From NCBI GenBank assembly GCA_963711565.1, contig CAVQEQ010000003.1, positions 317,411 through 381,410 on the forward strand: a stretch of 64,000 nt of DNA, read 5' to 3'. How positions within the stretch are numbered: position 1 is the stretch's first letter; each line of letters begins with the position of its first letter. Shown one piece after another: positions 39,948 to 50,622 of the stretch. The notes beneath the pieces were generated by a model. It had not been told where the DNA came from, made no database searches, and was given only the letters and a program-made list of their open reading frames with translations. The translations under genes were made by a program, and so were the position numbers. Source of the DNA: an uncultured delta proteobacterium. Lineage in GTDB: Bacteria; Desulfobacterota; Binatia; Binatales; Binataceae.

Positions 39948-39986
39948 CTCACCCCTAGCCCCTCTCCCTTCAGCAGAGGGGAATTG
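39948..39986. repeat. REP-like hairpin, family A
   Basis: cacccctagcccctctcccttcagcagaggggaa. Confidence 0.5.
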
Positions 39987-40005
39987 GAACCAAGGTTGAC
40001 CGCGA

Positions 40006-40716
40006 CTAGCCCTTGGGCTTCAGCGAGAAATTCGCCGTAGTCGCCGCGCCGTCCTTCACATTAACTTTCTGAGTGTCAACACCAAGCTTCTCCTGCCACA
40101 CTTCGAGCGTGTAGTCGCCAGGCGGCACGCCCGCGATCGAGAAGTTGCCCTTGTCGTCCGTCACCGCGAAGTATGGAGTGTCGGTCGCGACCCACCATCC
40201 GTGCATCCAGGCGTGCGCATCGCAAGTGACCTTGATCACTTCCGGCTGATCGATTTTTTCCTCGATCACTTTCTTGAACTTGGGCTGCGCCATGTTGAAC
40301 GACGGATTCTTTTCCGAATAGGTGTGGATGTTGTGCAGAATCCCGTCGTCGTTCACGATTTTCACGGTGCTGCCGGCCGGGAACGCGAGCACATGCGGCA
40401 CGTAGTCGCATCCTTTTTGATCGAAGGTTACGTCGCCGGGCTTCATGTCGCCCTTGGCACCTTTCACAACCACGACGGCGTTCGCGATTCCGCCGCTGCT
40501 GTCAACGATGAGATCTTCCGTGAAGTGCGGATGGAGTCCGCAGACTTCCTTGTCCTTGGTCACTTCGACCGGCTTGGGTGCCGGCGCCGTGCCGTCGTAC
40601 TTGACGGTTCCGCTAATCGTGCCGCCGGCTGCGCTCGCGATGCCGGCGCCGACGCTCATGCTGAGCGCGACTCCAGCGCACGCCGCCAGTACAACTGCAT
40701 ACTTTTTCATTACCAT
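40006..40716 (-). CDS. cupredoxin-like (amicyanin-type C-x2-H-x2-M) copper protein with a C-terminal carboxypeptidase-regulatory-like domain
   Basis: Signal peptide. HNIH ... CDAHAWM forms a type-1 Cu ligand set. Last gene of the bc module. Confidence 0.55.
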   Translation of the reverse strand: MVMKKYAVVLAACAGVALSMSVGAGIASAAGGTISGTVKYDGTAPAPKPVEVTKDKEVCGLHPHFTEDLIVDSSGGIANAVVVVKGAKGDMKPGDVTFDQKGCDYVPHVLAFPAGSTVKIVNDDGILHNIHTYSEKNPSFNMAQPKFKKVIEEKIDQPEVIKVTCDAHAWMHGWWVATDTPYFAVTDDKGNFSIAGVPPGDYTLEVWQEKLGVDTQKVNVKDGAATTANFSLKPKG

Positions 40717-40817
40717 TGCCTCCTGGGAAATTACCCGGATAGTTCTACTCAGTCTTAAACAAAAACTCACTTTAGCGAATACTCAGTTGCCAACTCAATC
40801 AACTGGACGATCATAAC

Positions 40818-43607
40818 CTACTTCTTACTCACTTTCGTCGGTGCCTTCTCCGCCTTACTCACTTTTGCCGGCACCGCGGCCACCTGGCCCGGCAGCGTCT
40901 GTCCCGGATGAGTTCCGAACCAGAAAATATAGTCGCGCAGCGCACGGATTTGATCGTCCTGGTTGCCGCCCAGGATGTCGTCGGGACCCCCCGGATAGAA
41001 TGAAGGCATGTGGGTCCCGGGCTGAATCGCCGACGGATTTGCGATCCACTTCAGTATCCAGTCGGGATTCAAGCGCTGATGCGCCAGCGCCAAATCAGGC
41101 GCCCATCCCGATTCCGGCCCTTCGGGCTTCTTGTCGCCCTGCTGATGGCAGCTGAAGCAGTTGAAGTAATCCTTGGTCATCAGCTTGGCGCCCGCCTGCA
41201 ACTCGGCCGGCGGAATCAGGTCGGTGTTGATGAACATGAAGGGCACGTTGATGTCCGACATGGCCGTGAAGTAGTTCACGATGGTGTCGTCTTCGCTGTT
41301 GGTGAAATGGAAGGTCGGCATCCTGATTTTCAGCCACGGACGAATCGGGGTCGGGCCCTGCAGGAATGTGAATAGCCACTGGGGCTGAACCTTGAAGCCC
41401 TCGCCATTGAGTATTGGCGGCGCGAAGTTGATTTCGTCTTCTGAGTAGAAGCGCCGGATGTAGCCGCCGCGATTGTCGATGATGTGGCAGCCGACGCAGT
41501 TGTAGTAATTGACCATTCGCCGGCCCGCGACGATTTCTGTCTGATGCTCCGAGCCGGGCATCCGGTAGCGCTCCTGCACCTTGCCGTCGGTCATGCCGGC
41601 CAGGAACACGACCAGGTTGTTGATGTCGGCGTCGTCGAAATCGAAATTCGGCATCAACTGCTCGACGTCCTTGGTCTGGTAGATGCGCGGCGTCTGCAGT
41701 TTGTGGAACGTCCATTGATCCCAGGTCTCGGGAATCTGGGTCTGGTTGCCGAAAAACAATTCGTCGAGATGCTTGCTGCCGAACACCGTCAGCTCGACAC
41801 CGATGCGCGACTCCTTGTCCATCCCCTCGATCTCGTGGCAGCCGAAGCATCCGTACTTGCGCACGAGCGCTTCGCCCTTCTGGATATTCGCGGGATCCTT
41901 GAGCGCGGTTTCGACGCCGGGGTCTTCTTTCTTCTCGCCATGCGTCATCAGGAACGCGGTCAGCGCCTCGGCCTCGTGATCGCTCAGGCGCAATGACGGC
42001 ATCGCGGTGTGCGGCGAGAAGTCGCGCGGATTTTTCAGCCAGGTGTAAATCCATGCCGCCGAAGTCTTCTCCGCGATCTTGTCCAGGTTCGGCGCGAAGT
42101 CCTTGGTCGTGCGCGCCTCGGCCGGCTTGAAGCCCTCGGCGACGCCGACCGGCGTTCCATAATTATCAGGATCGATCGCGTGGCATCCTTTGCAGCCGAC
42201 CGATTCGAACAGCCCCTTGCCCTCTTCGACGAACGCCGGATTCTTGATGTCGGCCTCGAGCGTCGGCAGTTCCGGATGCGCCGCGAGCCAGTCTTTCGAG
42301 TTCTTCGCCGAGCTGTCCAGGATGAAGGCGGCCAGCTCCGTCGCCTGTTCGGTCGAGAACATGAAATTCGGCATGCGTGTATGCGGCCGGAAGACGTGCG
42401 GATCGGTGATCCAGCGCACGGTCCACGACGGGTCGAGCTTGGCCGACGCCAGTTTCAGGTACGGGCCGATCTTCGGCATCTCCTCGTAGCCCGCGACGAG
42501 ATGGCATCCCGCGCATCCCATCTGCTGGAACATGCGCTCGCCGTCAACCCAGTTGGCCGCGATTGGCTTACCCGCAGCGTCGTGCAGCGAGCCGACGTTG
42601 ATGTGGCACTTGATGCATCGCGATTGCATCTTGTCGCCGCGTAGCATCGGCGAGTCCCAATCCTTGTCATCGCCATGCGCGAGCCGCACCGAGCTGACCG
42701 CGGGCCCCTGGCCGTCGTGACAGGGAGTGCAGCCGAGTTTGTCGGGCGGATGCTTGCCGATGATTTGATCGAAATTGCTATGCGTGCGAAACGGCTGGGG
42801 CGCGTTCTCGAAGCCCTTCTTGTCGGCGCCCATGTGGCAGCTCTGGCATCGATCGACCCGCGCAATCGCCTCGTCGAAGGCGTTGCGGTCGAAGTCGTCG
42901 ATCGCGGTCTGCTGAATCTTGGGAATTTTCGGATAGCGGAAGAGGATGGTGTTGCGGAATTTGACCGGGATCATCCACGAGTCGGCCTTGTCGAAAAAGT
43001 CGTCGCGCTTCGCGGTCAGTTTCTTCAGCTGGTCGGTCAGGCTGTCGACTTTCGAATTCAGCGCCGCGATCTGATCCTTGACTGCCTGCAGATCTGCCTT
43101 GGCCTTGTCGGAGTCGATATTTTCCTGCGCGAGTTCCGCGTCGAGCCTGTCGATATCCTGTTTGAACGGAGTCGGATCCTGCTTGTACTGAATGGCGTGA
43201 TTGTAGTCGTACCATCGCTCGGTCAGATACGACTTGGTGAACCGCACCAGTTGATCCTTGTCGTTGTAGGTGTTGTTCAGACCGACCAGCTGCGCCTTCA
43301 AGTCATCCAGCTTGGCCGCGGTCGCACCCGAATCGAGATCCTTCTGCGCCTCGGCCAGGTCCTTCGATGCTTTCTGATAGGTCGGATCGGCGTTGAGACG
43401 CGCCTGTTCGTCGGCCGCGTCCTTCATGTACTTGTCGTACGCGATGTGATCCCACTCGACCTGGTATTGCTTCCATGGCCGGCGCGAGATGTTGTCGTCC
43501 CAGATCGACCAGACCGCGCTGACCAGCAGCACCGCTACCAGCAGCACGAACAACGCGCTGTATGACTTCCCTTCTTCGGTGGGATCAAGCCCCGGTCTGC
43601 CAGCCAT
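40818..43607 (-). CDS. membrane-anchored octahaem c-type cytochrome with a long N-terminal coiled coil
   Basis: Eight CxxCH motifs (CQSCH, CTPCH, CIKCH, CAGCH, CKGCH, CFGCH, CVGCH, CFSCH). Five are followed by ...MP.F Met-ligand motifs. Confidence 0.85.
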   Translation of the reverse strand: MAGRPGLDPTEEGKSYSALFVLLVAVLLVSAVWSIWDDNISRRPWKQYQVEWDHIAYDKYMKDAADEQARLNADPTYQKASKDLAEAQKDLDSGATAAKLDDLKAQLVGLNNTYNDKDQLVRFTKSYLTERWYDYNHAIQYKQDPTPFKQDIDRLDAELAQENIDSDKAKADLQAVKDQIAALNSKVDSLTDQLKKLTAKRDDFFDKADSWMIPVKFRNTILFRYPKIPKIQQTAIDDFDRNAFDEAIARVDRCQSCHMGADKKGFENAPQPFRTHSNFDQIIGKHPPDKLGCTPCHDGQGPAVSSVRLAHGDDKDWDSPMLRGDKMQSRCIKCHINVGSLHDAAGKPIAANWVDGERMFQQMGCAGCHLVAGYEEMPKIGPYLKLASAKLDPSWTVRWITDPHVFRPHTRMPNFMFSTEQATELAAFILDSSAKNSKDWLAAHPELPTLEADIKNPAFVEEGKGLFESVGCKGCHAIDPDNYGTPVGVAEGFKPAEARTTKDFAPNLDKIAEKTSAAWIYTWLKNPRDFSPHTAMPSLRLSDHEAEALTAFLMTHGEKKEDPGVETALKDPANIQKGEALVRKYGCFGCHEIEGMDKESRIGVELTVFGSKHLDELFFGNQTQIPETWDQWTFHKLQTPRIYQTKDVEQLMPNFDFDDADINNLVVFLAGMTDGKVQERYRMPGSEHQTEIVAGRRMVNYYNCVGCHIIDNRGGYIRRFYSEDEINFAPPILNGEGFKVQPQWLFTFLQGPTPIRPWLKIRMPTFHFTNSEDDTIVNYFTAMSDINVPFMFINTDLIPPAELQAGAKLMTKDYFNCFSCHQQGDKKPEGPESGWAPDLALAHQRLNPDWILKWIANPSAIQPGTHMPSFYPGGPDDILGGNQDDQIRALRDYIFWFGTHPGQTLPGQVAAVPAKVSKAEKAPTKVSKK

Positions 43608-43678
43608 CTGCTCTACCTGTCCTCAAATGCCGCCGCGCGGCCACCGTCCAAATACTCAGTCGAATAGTCAGTCGTCAT

Positions 43679-43855
43679 TTACCCGCGCGAAACCCACACA
43701 CCCTCGATGATGTAGCCGGCCAGAAAAACCAGGATGCCGATCCCGGTGAACTTGTATTCGTTGCCCATCCCGTGCGTCTGCGTGATTCCCACGTAGAGCG
43801 CGAACCCGACGTCGGCGAGGCCGAGCGCCTGCAATACTTTGGCGAGGATGAACAC
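43679..43855 (-). CDS. putative small two-TM subunit (GTG start), in frame with the upstream SUIV-like gene after its TGA
   Basis: Verified translation VFILAKVLQALGLADVGFALYVGITQTHGMGNEYKFTGIGILVFLAGYIIEGVWVSRG*. The ORF-track 43675-43872 product is Ser/Arg-rich junk in another frame. Confidence 0.3.
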   Translation of the reverse strand: MFILAKVLQALGLADVGFALYVGITQTHGMGNEYKFTGIGILVFLAGYIIEGVWVSRG

Positions 43856-43873
43856 GGAGTCGTCGCGGCCACG

Positions 43874-44776
43874 TCAGATGTTAATCCAGGGCGTGACCAG
43901 GATGTACTTGATGTTGAGCGCGTGCCGCAGCGCCATCTTGATGAACACGCCGGCCATCGCGATCAGCAGAAATCCTGTGATGCCGAAGCGCACCGGTCCC
44001 CACTTCTGCAAAATTTCGGGACCGCCACCGGGGAACGCGGACCACGGATCGCCCGCGGGCCGCGATCGTATCCAGAAATACAAAGCCGCGTAGCCGACCA
44101 CGAAATAGCCGACTATCAGAAACAGCCCGAACAGAGCAGACGCCAGGTAGTCGCGGAAGCCGAACATGTACGGCAAATCGACGTTGGTCAGCGCCTCGAC
44201 CAGATGAGGATCCCAGACCTGGCCGGGCCAGAACCAGTTCCAGCCGGGACCGCGGAAAAACGTGCCGATGATAATGAACGAGACCCACAAGATGTGGAAC
44301 CCGACGAAGAAAGCCATAATCTCGAAAAATCGCTCCTTCAGGGTGTAGTAGCCGTTACCCTTCGGATTGATGTCGAGAAACGGGATCAGCATCAGGCCCA
44401 CGATGATGAAGCTCGGCAGCACCACGCCCGCATACCAGGGATCGAAGAACACCAGCATTTCCTGCAGGCCCAGGAAGTACCATGGCGCCTTTGACGGGTT
44501 GGGCGTCCGGGTAGGATTCGACGGCTGTTCAAGTGGCGCGTTGAGCAGCAGCGACCACACCGTCAAGACGATGATGACCAGGATCGACATCAGGAATTCG
44601 TTGCGCACCAGGAACGGCCAGGTGTGCAGTTTCTCCTCGACGCCGCTGCCCGCCTTCTTGATCGGGACTTCGATTCGCTTGCCGCCCGCCGCGGGCGGAG
44701 TCCGCGACGCGGCCCCTGCGCCAGCGCCCGCCGCGCGCATCACGATGCCGCCTTCGTTACCTTCCGGGCTTGCCAT
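43874..44776 (-). CDS. cytochrome b C-terminal domain protein (b6f subunit IV-like) with extra TM helices
   Basis: PWYFLGLQE motif. Confidence 0.85.
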   Translation of the reverse strand: MASPEGNEGGIVMRAAGAGAGAASRTPPAAGGKRIEVPIKKAGSGVEEKLHTWPFLVRNEFLMSILVIIVLTVWSLLLNAPLEQPSNPTRTPNPSKAPWYFLGLQEMLVFFDPWYAGVVLPSFIIVGLMLIPFLDINPKGNGYYTLKERFFEIMAFFVGFHILWVSFIIIGTFFRGPGWNWFWPGQVWDPHLVEALTNVDLPYMFGFRDYLASALFGLFLIVGYFVVGYAALYFWIRSRPAGDPWSAFPGGGPEILQKWGPVRFGITGFLLIAMAGVFIKMALRHALNIKYILVTPWINI

Positions 44777-44950
44777 GATTAATCCCTTAGTGAGGCGCTC
44801 CGTCGTCGTCAGTCCACGGCGGCGGCGCCGCCAGCCGGTACATTATATACAGCAGGATCGACATTGCGATCGGCACCGACAGCACCCGCACGATTCCCTG
44901 GTGCAAAAACCACGAAAATACGTCTCCCATCCCGCAGCCTCAGTCCAGTC

Positions 44951-45724
44951 CTAGAGCGGCCCCGACATGCCGTCGCGGCGGATTCGCCAGAAGTGCACCG
45001 CCATGAAGATGCTCGCGATCAACGGAAAAAATATGCAGTGCAAAATGTAGAAGCGCAGCAGCGTATGCGGTCCGATCTCCGCGCCGCCGAAAATGAACGC
45101 GCGCGCGTCGTAAACCGGATTCACGCCGAGCACTTCGTGGAACGGGCCGCCATGCCCAAGCAGCGGCGTCGCGCGCGCCATGTTCGATCCGACCGTCACC
45201 GCCCAGATCGAAAGTTGATCCCACGGCAGCAGGTAACCGGTGAACGACAGCAGCAGCGTCAGCACCAGCAGGATTACGCCGACCACCCAGTTGAATTCGC
45301 GCGGCGGTTTGTAGGAGCCCGTCATGAACACGCGGAACATATGCAGCCACACCGCGATCACCATCCCGTGCGCGGCCCATCGATGCATGTTGCGCATCAG
45401 CATCCCGAACGGCATGTCAAACTCGAGATACTTCATGTCGGCGTAGGCGTACTCCGCCGTCGGTCGATAGTAGAACATCAGGTAAACGCCGGTGATGACG
45501 GTCACGAGGAAAAGCAGGAACGTGATACCACCCATGCACCAGGTGAAGCGCAGGCGCACCGTATGCTTCTGCACCTTCGACGGATGCAAATGCAGGAAGA
45601 CGTTGCCGGAGACCATGAGGATCCGGTTGCGCGGCGTGTCTTCGTAGCCGTGCCTGAAGATCGACTGCCAGGCCTGCGAGTCGGTTATCTGGCGCTTGGT
45701 TTCGTTCCAGTCAAACTTTGCCAT
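44951..45724 (-). CDS. cytochrome b6-like N-terminal domain protein
   Basis: Four-TM bis-His haem b ligands (HLHP ... HGMVIAVWLH ... HFWRIR). Confidence 0.9.
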   Translation of the reverse strand: MAKFDWNETKRQITDSQAWQSIFRHGYEDTPRNRILMVSGNVFLHLHPSKVQKHTVRLRFTWCMGGITFLLFLVTVITGVYLMFYYRPTAEYAYADMKYLEFDMPFGMLMRNMHRWAAHGMVIAVWLHMFRVFMTGSYKPPREFNWVVGVILLVLTLLLSFTGYLLPWDQLSIWAVTVGSNMARATPLLGHGGPFHEVLGVNPVYDARAFIFGGAEIGPHTLLRFYILHCIFFPLIASIFMAVHFWRIRRDGMSGPL

Positions 45725-46039
45725 CCGCTACCACCCGAAACTTCATGGAGCCGCCCGCGCGGGCGCTCACAGCATTCTCTCTCAATGCAAATACCGCGAA
45801 AGAGTAAAAAATTCCAACGCTTGCGACTCGATCCTCGCGGTCCTGCTCGAAATCCGGCGTAAGGCTACCTAATTTTGCCCGCTCTCTGCAACAAAAAAGA
45901 GTCATTGAACCGGGATTTTTTGCGATACGCTCGCACGCCGGAAAGCGAGCAGTCCCGGCAGGAGAAAAGTGAAACCGCCGCCCCGATTGAATCGGGCCGG
46001 CGGTTTTCTTCATCACGTGAGCCTCGGCGTCCGCTCAAA

Positions 46040-49000
46040 TCATTGCTTCGGCTCCTTGCCGCTGCCCTCGAGCTTGACGCTCTTGTCGTCACCCACCTCG
46101 AGGTTGGTGTCTATTGTGAGCGTGCCGCTGTACTTCATCGCGGCGGTCGGCGCGAATTCCACCGAGACTTCGCAACTGCCAGGGGCCACGCCTTTGGATT
46201 TCGGGCCGAGGTCATCGTCGTTGCATTCCTGGGTCAGCGTGAACGGACTCCCGACGCCGGATTCCATCTCGATCAGAATCGGCAGCGGGACCTTTTTCTT
46301 TTTTACCTTGCCCGCGTTGGTGATCTTTAGCGTCTTGATCTTATTCGAGCCCACCTCAACGGCGCCAAAATTCAGTCTCTTGGGCGAAATCTTTAGCTTG
46401 CCGGGGACCGGAGTCGGTGTTGCGGTTGGGGTCGCAGTGGCGGTTGCAGTTGCCGTTGCTGTCGCAGTAGCCGTAGCGGTTGGGGTCGCGGAAATCGTGA
46501 GCACGTCGAAACCGGTCGAGGCGTTCGACGCGAGCAACTCGCCAGTACCAGCGAAGGTCGCAGTCAGAGTCTCGAAACCAGCACCGCTCGCCGTTACCTG
46601 ACAGGACGCGATGCCTTGCGCGTTGGTCGGCGCATTGCAGTTTTGCCCGCCGACGGAGAAGTCGATGGTCTCGCCCGAGAGCGCTGTCGCTGGACTCTGC
46701 GAGACGTTGGTCAACGATCCGATGAGGGTGACTGTTTGTCCAGGAACGGCACCCTCAGGACTCTGGTTGAGGCTGACGAAGGTAGTGTCGGAACCAGGGC
46801 CCCAGGTCACAACGGCTTGATTGGAAGTAAGCGGCGTACTGCTGACGGTGGTGGACGCCGTTATGGTATCGACGCCCTGATGCGCGGCGACGTAACTGAA
46901 CGACGCCTGCCCGCTTGCGTTCGCGATCACCTGCTGGACCTGCGGGTTGGCGCCGGTGACTGTGAACTGGATCTGTGTTCCCGCTGGAGGAGTCGTGTAG
47001 TGGATGCTCGCATTGAAGGTCTGGGACGTCCCCTGTGCCGGATTCGGCGACACCGAAGTCGGCGATAGTACAATCTCCGGAGACGTGAGAGCGCTCGCAT
47101 AAGTGCAGTCGCCGGCGGTGTCCGTGATCCTGAAGACGGTGGGCCCCTGCGAGGCGTAGATGCATCCGTCGGTGCCGATGGTCAGGAAGTTGGCGCCCGC
47201 TTTCGTGGCCAGCGGGGTCGCCAATGTCGGTGGAGTGGTCGTCAGGTCAACCTCGTTAATGCCAACGACAGCATCGTTCACGAATGGCGTCCCAATCAGA
47301 GAACGTCCCCGCACCGGTCCCGCCTGCCAGTAATCCCAGATTGGCGAGCTGTAGGCCAGAAAGAGTGGTAACGGTCGGCGTCGTCGGACCATTGGTACCG
47401 CTTATTTCGGCGACGTTGACCTCTGAGCCGTTGAAGGTCCACGCGTAAATCGTTCCTCCCGGAGCGAAGGCCAAGGTCGCATTGGGACCCGGCGACAATG
47501 TGGTGTACACAGAGGTGGAGGGCGACGCACCGCCTGGATCGGAGACGCGCCAGACCGAGGTGTTTGCGTAACTCTCGGTGCATGTGTCGTCGGTAAATAG
47601 ATCTCCGCTGAGCGGATCGATCGAAATTGTCGTGGGACAAACCTCAGTGGAAGAAATCGTTCTTGTCACCGTGCCATTGGAGGGATTGAGCTGGAGTATA
47701 GAGCCGGTCGTGGAACTCGCAGAGCTCACATCCAGGCTGGCAAACAAATTACCGCTCGAATCGAAGACCAGGCCCGACAGCGTCTGGCCGAGCGAAGTGC
47801 TGTTGAGCTTCGTGCTGGGGCCTGCCGCGCCGCCGCCGGGCGGGAACTTGTAGATATTCCCGGTGGTGAACTCGTTGACGTAGAGATTCCCCGAGCTGTC
47901 GAAGGCGATCCCGGTTGCTCCCTCGCAGTCGAAATTGACGCCAGTGCCGCCGCCGGTAGTGAGGCTCTGGACTGTAAAACCCGTCGCGTAGGGCGTGATG
48001 ACGAATCCCGGCGCAGCGACCGGAGCGGGGCTGGCGCAGGCGTTGCTCGGGTCGCCGCTGAACGTCACGACAGCAGAGCCTGGAACCGGCAAGCTGCCGT
48101 CGGTAACGTCCACCGCCGTGTAGGTAACCGCCTCGCTGGCGATATCGGTCGCGTTGAACTCGATAGTGCCTTCAGCGCCGGTCACCTGCGGGCTCGGGCC
48201 AGTGACCACCGAGCTGCCGGTTTGCGATATGTTGACCAGCTTGCCCGGCGTCGGCCGCCCCAGCGAATCCTTGAGCGTGACCGTGATGGTGGAGGCCGAG
48301 GTGCCGTCGTTAGCAACGCTGGTGAGATTCGGGACGATGCTCGCACTAACGGCGGGTGGAGTTGCGAAGGTGACGCCTGGCGTAGTGCTGGGTGTCAGTG
48401 TGACGCCGTCCGTCGTGTCTTCCGCGGTGAAGGTAGTTGCCTCGGCAACCAGGTCGGTCACCGTAAAGATTACTGCTCCGTTATCGACCGTCGAAGGACC
48501 GCTGGCCGCGCTGATTTGCGCACTGCTGCCTGAGTCCGCGGTTAGAGTCACCGTCTTGCCGCTCACGATATTACCGTCGCTATCGAGCAGCCTAACCACC
48601 ACGTATGAGGGCGTTGCACCGTCGGCGGGGATAGTTGATGGCGGTGTGGCTCCGCTCAGCGGCGAAGGGATCCCCACACCAACCGAAACCTCAGAGATGG
48701 TGGCGTCAACGGGACCAGCGGTGTCCCCGAGCAACTTGAGATGAAGAGCGTCAACATTTGGTGATCCAAGTCCGACGTGAGCAAAGTCACTGCCCATCGA
48801 TGCTGCGTCGTGAAAAGCCGTGGAGCTGGCGAACGGATAGATTAGCGGGTTCAGGAAGCCCAGGTTTGTCCCCTGAGATTGGTTCAGGAGCGCAGCGTAA
48901 ACAGCCCACGTTGGCGTCGAACTGCTCGTTCCGCTGTACAAGCCACCGGTCGGACAGCCGCCCGCGCTGGCCTCGCAGATAACCACGCCCTCCTCTGGAT

Positions 49001-50495
49001 CGGCGTTAGCTACAACATCCGGTACCGAGCGCTGTGCGGTACCGCTCAACGTCGTTTGGTAGCTTTTGGCGGAGAAGAACTTGCTCACTCCGAAACCACC
49101 TTGGCCGGTGGGCGGAGTGTCCGTAGTTCCATCCCACCAGGTCTCTGAGCCGTAAGTCGCTCCCGGTCCTAATGCGAGCGAGGATCCGCCGACCGCGGTC
49201 GCATTCGGCGAATCCGCAGGCACCGAAACCGTATTGGCTGCTCCGTCGAGACAGGTGCTCCCGCTGTCCCCGCTTCCGTTGAAGATTGAGATTCCGCCGG
49301 CAGCGGCATTCTGAAAGATCAAGTCGATGCTCTGGACGTCGGCTAGAGTGGTTTCGTCCTCGCAATAGGCCCAACTGTTGCTGATGATCGTGGAACCGCC
49401 ACTGATTGCGGCATTGAAGAGCGATTGAAAGCTGGCGCCGGACCCTGTGAAAGGTTGGTCATACACCACGACCTTTGCGCCGGGGGCGCCGGACATTACG
49501 TCGTCGATATCGAGTAGTACTTCGTCCTGGTTGGGACCCGGCGATGCGCCGCCATTTACTTTGACTTCGGACAGATTGGTTATCTGCGTAGCCGGCGACC
49601 CGACCAAGTTGAGAAAGTCGGCCACATCGCTCTGCTGGAAGGTGTCAAATTCGATCAGGCCGATGGTTTGTCCGGTGCCATCCACTCCGAGAAATGACGG
49701 TGCCGGCGGATCCAATCCGAAGGGCGCTTTGCCGGTCGGAACAATATATTTCTTCTGCGCCGCGTAGCAGGTCTTATATGCATTTTGTATTGCTTCGGTC
49801 CCGTGGTTCACGATCGGGATTTGAAGCAGGGCGCAAACAATACTAGCGCCAATCAACCTGATCGCGACAACGTCGGAATGGGGCGTAGCTAAATTCGACA
49901 GACCTGCAATCGCTTCCAGGTGCAGAGCCAGGTCAGCCGGCACAGCCGGATCGCGATCATTCGCAAAGAAGATCCGCTTGCCAATCCTATAACTGCTGAT
50001 TCGCAGATCGAACGCGTTTTGCGCCTGCCCGCGCGTTCCGCGCACCGAGAGCGTCAATCGATTTTTCGAGCCGCCGGTGACCTCGAATCCGTTTTTCCTG
50101 AGATACGCTGCCAGCTGCCGATATTCGGAGCGTGAAGGACCGAAACGATCTGCGATTTGGTTCTGTGAAAGAAAGTGATGAAAATTCTTCGAATGCGGAT
50201 CATAGATCTCGTGGAGGTAACGTTCGAATCCGGCCTGGTCGTCATGCTTGAGAACGATCGTCAGCGTTATCGGCGCATTCTCATTTTTGGGATTCGACGA
50301 CGGAACCAGGGTCGCCTTGGTCAGCGCCGGCAACACATGACCGGGCAAGCGAACCATCGCCGGCGCGGCGTCGGCTTGTTCGGTACTTGCTTTAGCTGTC
50401 GATGATCTCGCCGCTAAAACCACCGCCAAAAGCGGAACCAACAGCCATAGGCGGCGTCGAGACAACTGAGCCGGACTTCCCATTTTGATCCCCAT
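46040..50495 (-). CDS. giant secreted sedolisin (S53) peptidase with Big_1, NHL-like propeller and choice-of-anchor-D domains; frameshifted near 47300
   Basis: Pro-kumamolisin activation domain, catalytic SGTSSSTP, two Big_1 domains and a propeller. The Thr-Ala linker and the C-terminal module read in a second frame. The ORF fragments are 47256-50495 and 46040-47392. Confidence 0.7.
46411..46490. repeat. imperfect trinucleotide/hexanucleotide (GCN)n repeat encoding a (Thr-Ala)n-Pro linker
   Basis: A counterpart of different length lies at 50991-51066. Confidence 0.6.
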
Positions 50496-50622
50496 TCTTA
50501 ACTGGCGATGACGAATTTAGACTCGCATCGACCATTACTTCATCGGCAATGCGAGATTCAAGCTCAAATTTACGCTCAAATCTCTTTTCACCGCGTCAGA
50601 ACAAATTTCGCCCATCACCTTG

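Noticed and set aside
43675-43872. 65-aa ORF offered by the track in the cyt b / cyt c gap
   Set aside because: It is a Ser/Arg-rich non-protein-like translation. The alternative frame encodes a plausible two-TM peptide instead (see finding).
45711-46016. 101-aa minus-strand ORF upstream of cytochrome b
   Set aside because: It lies in the promoter-like intergenic region and overlaps the cyt b start. It has no domain resemblance and an odd composition.
45969-46601. Two identical 210-aa plus-strand ORFs (45969-46601 and 50549-51181)
   Set aside because: They are antisense shadows of the duplicated 3' module of the S53 giants. Their identity merely reflects the nucleotide duplication, and their composition is low-complexity (AVAVAVAV).
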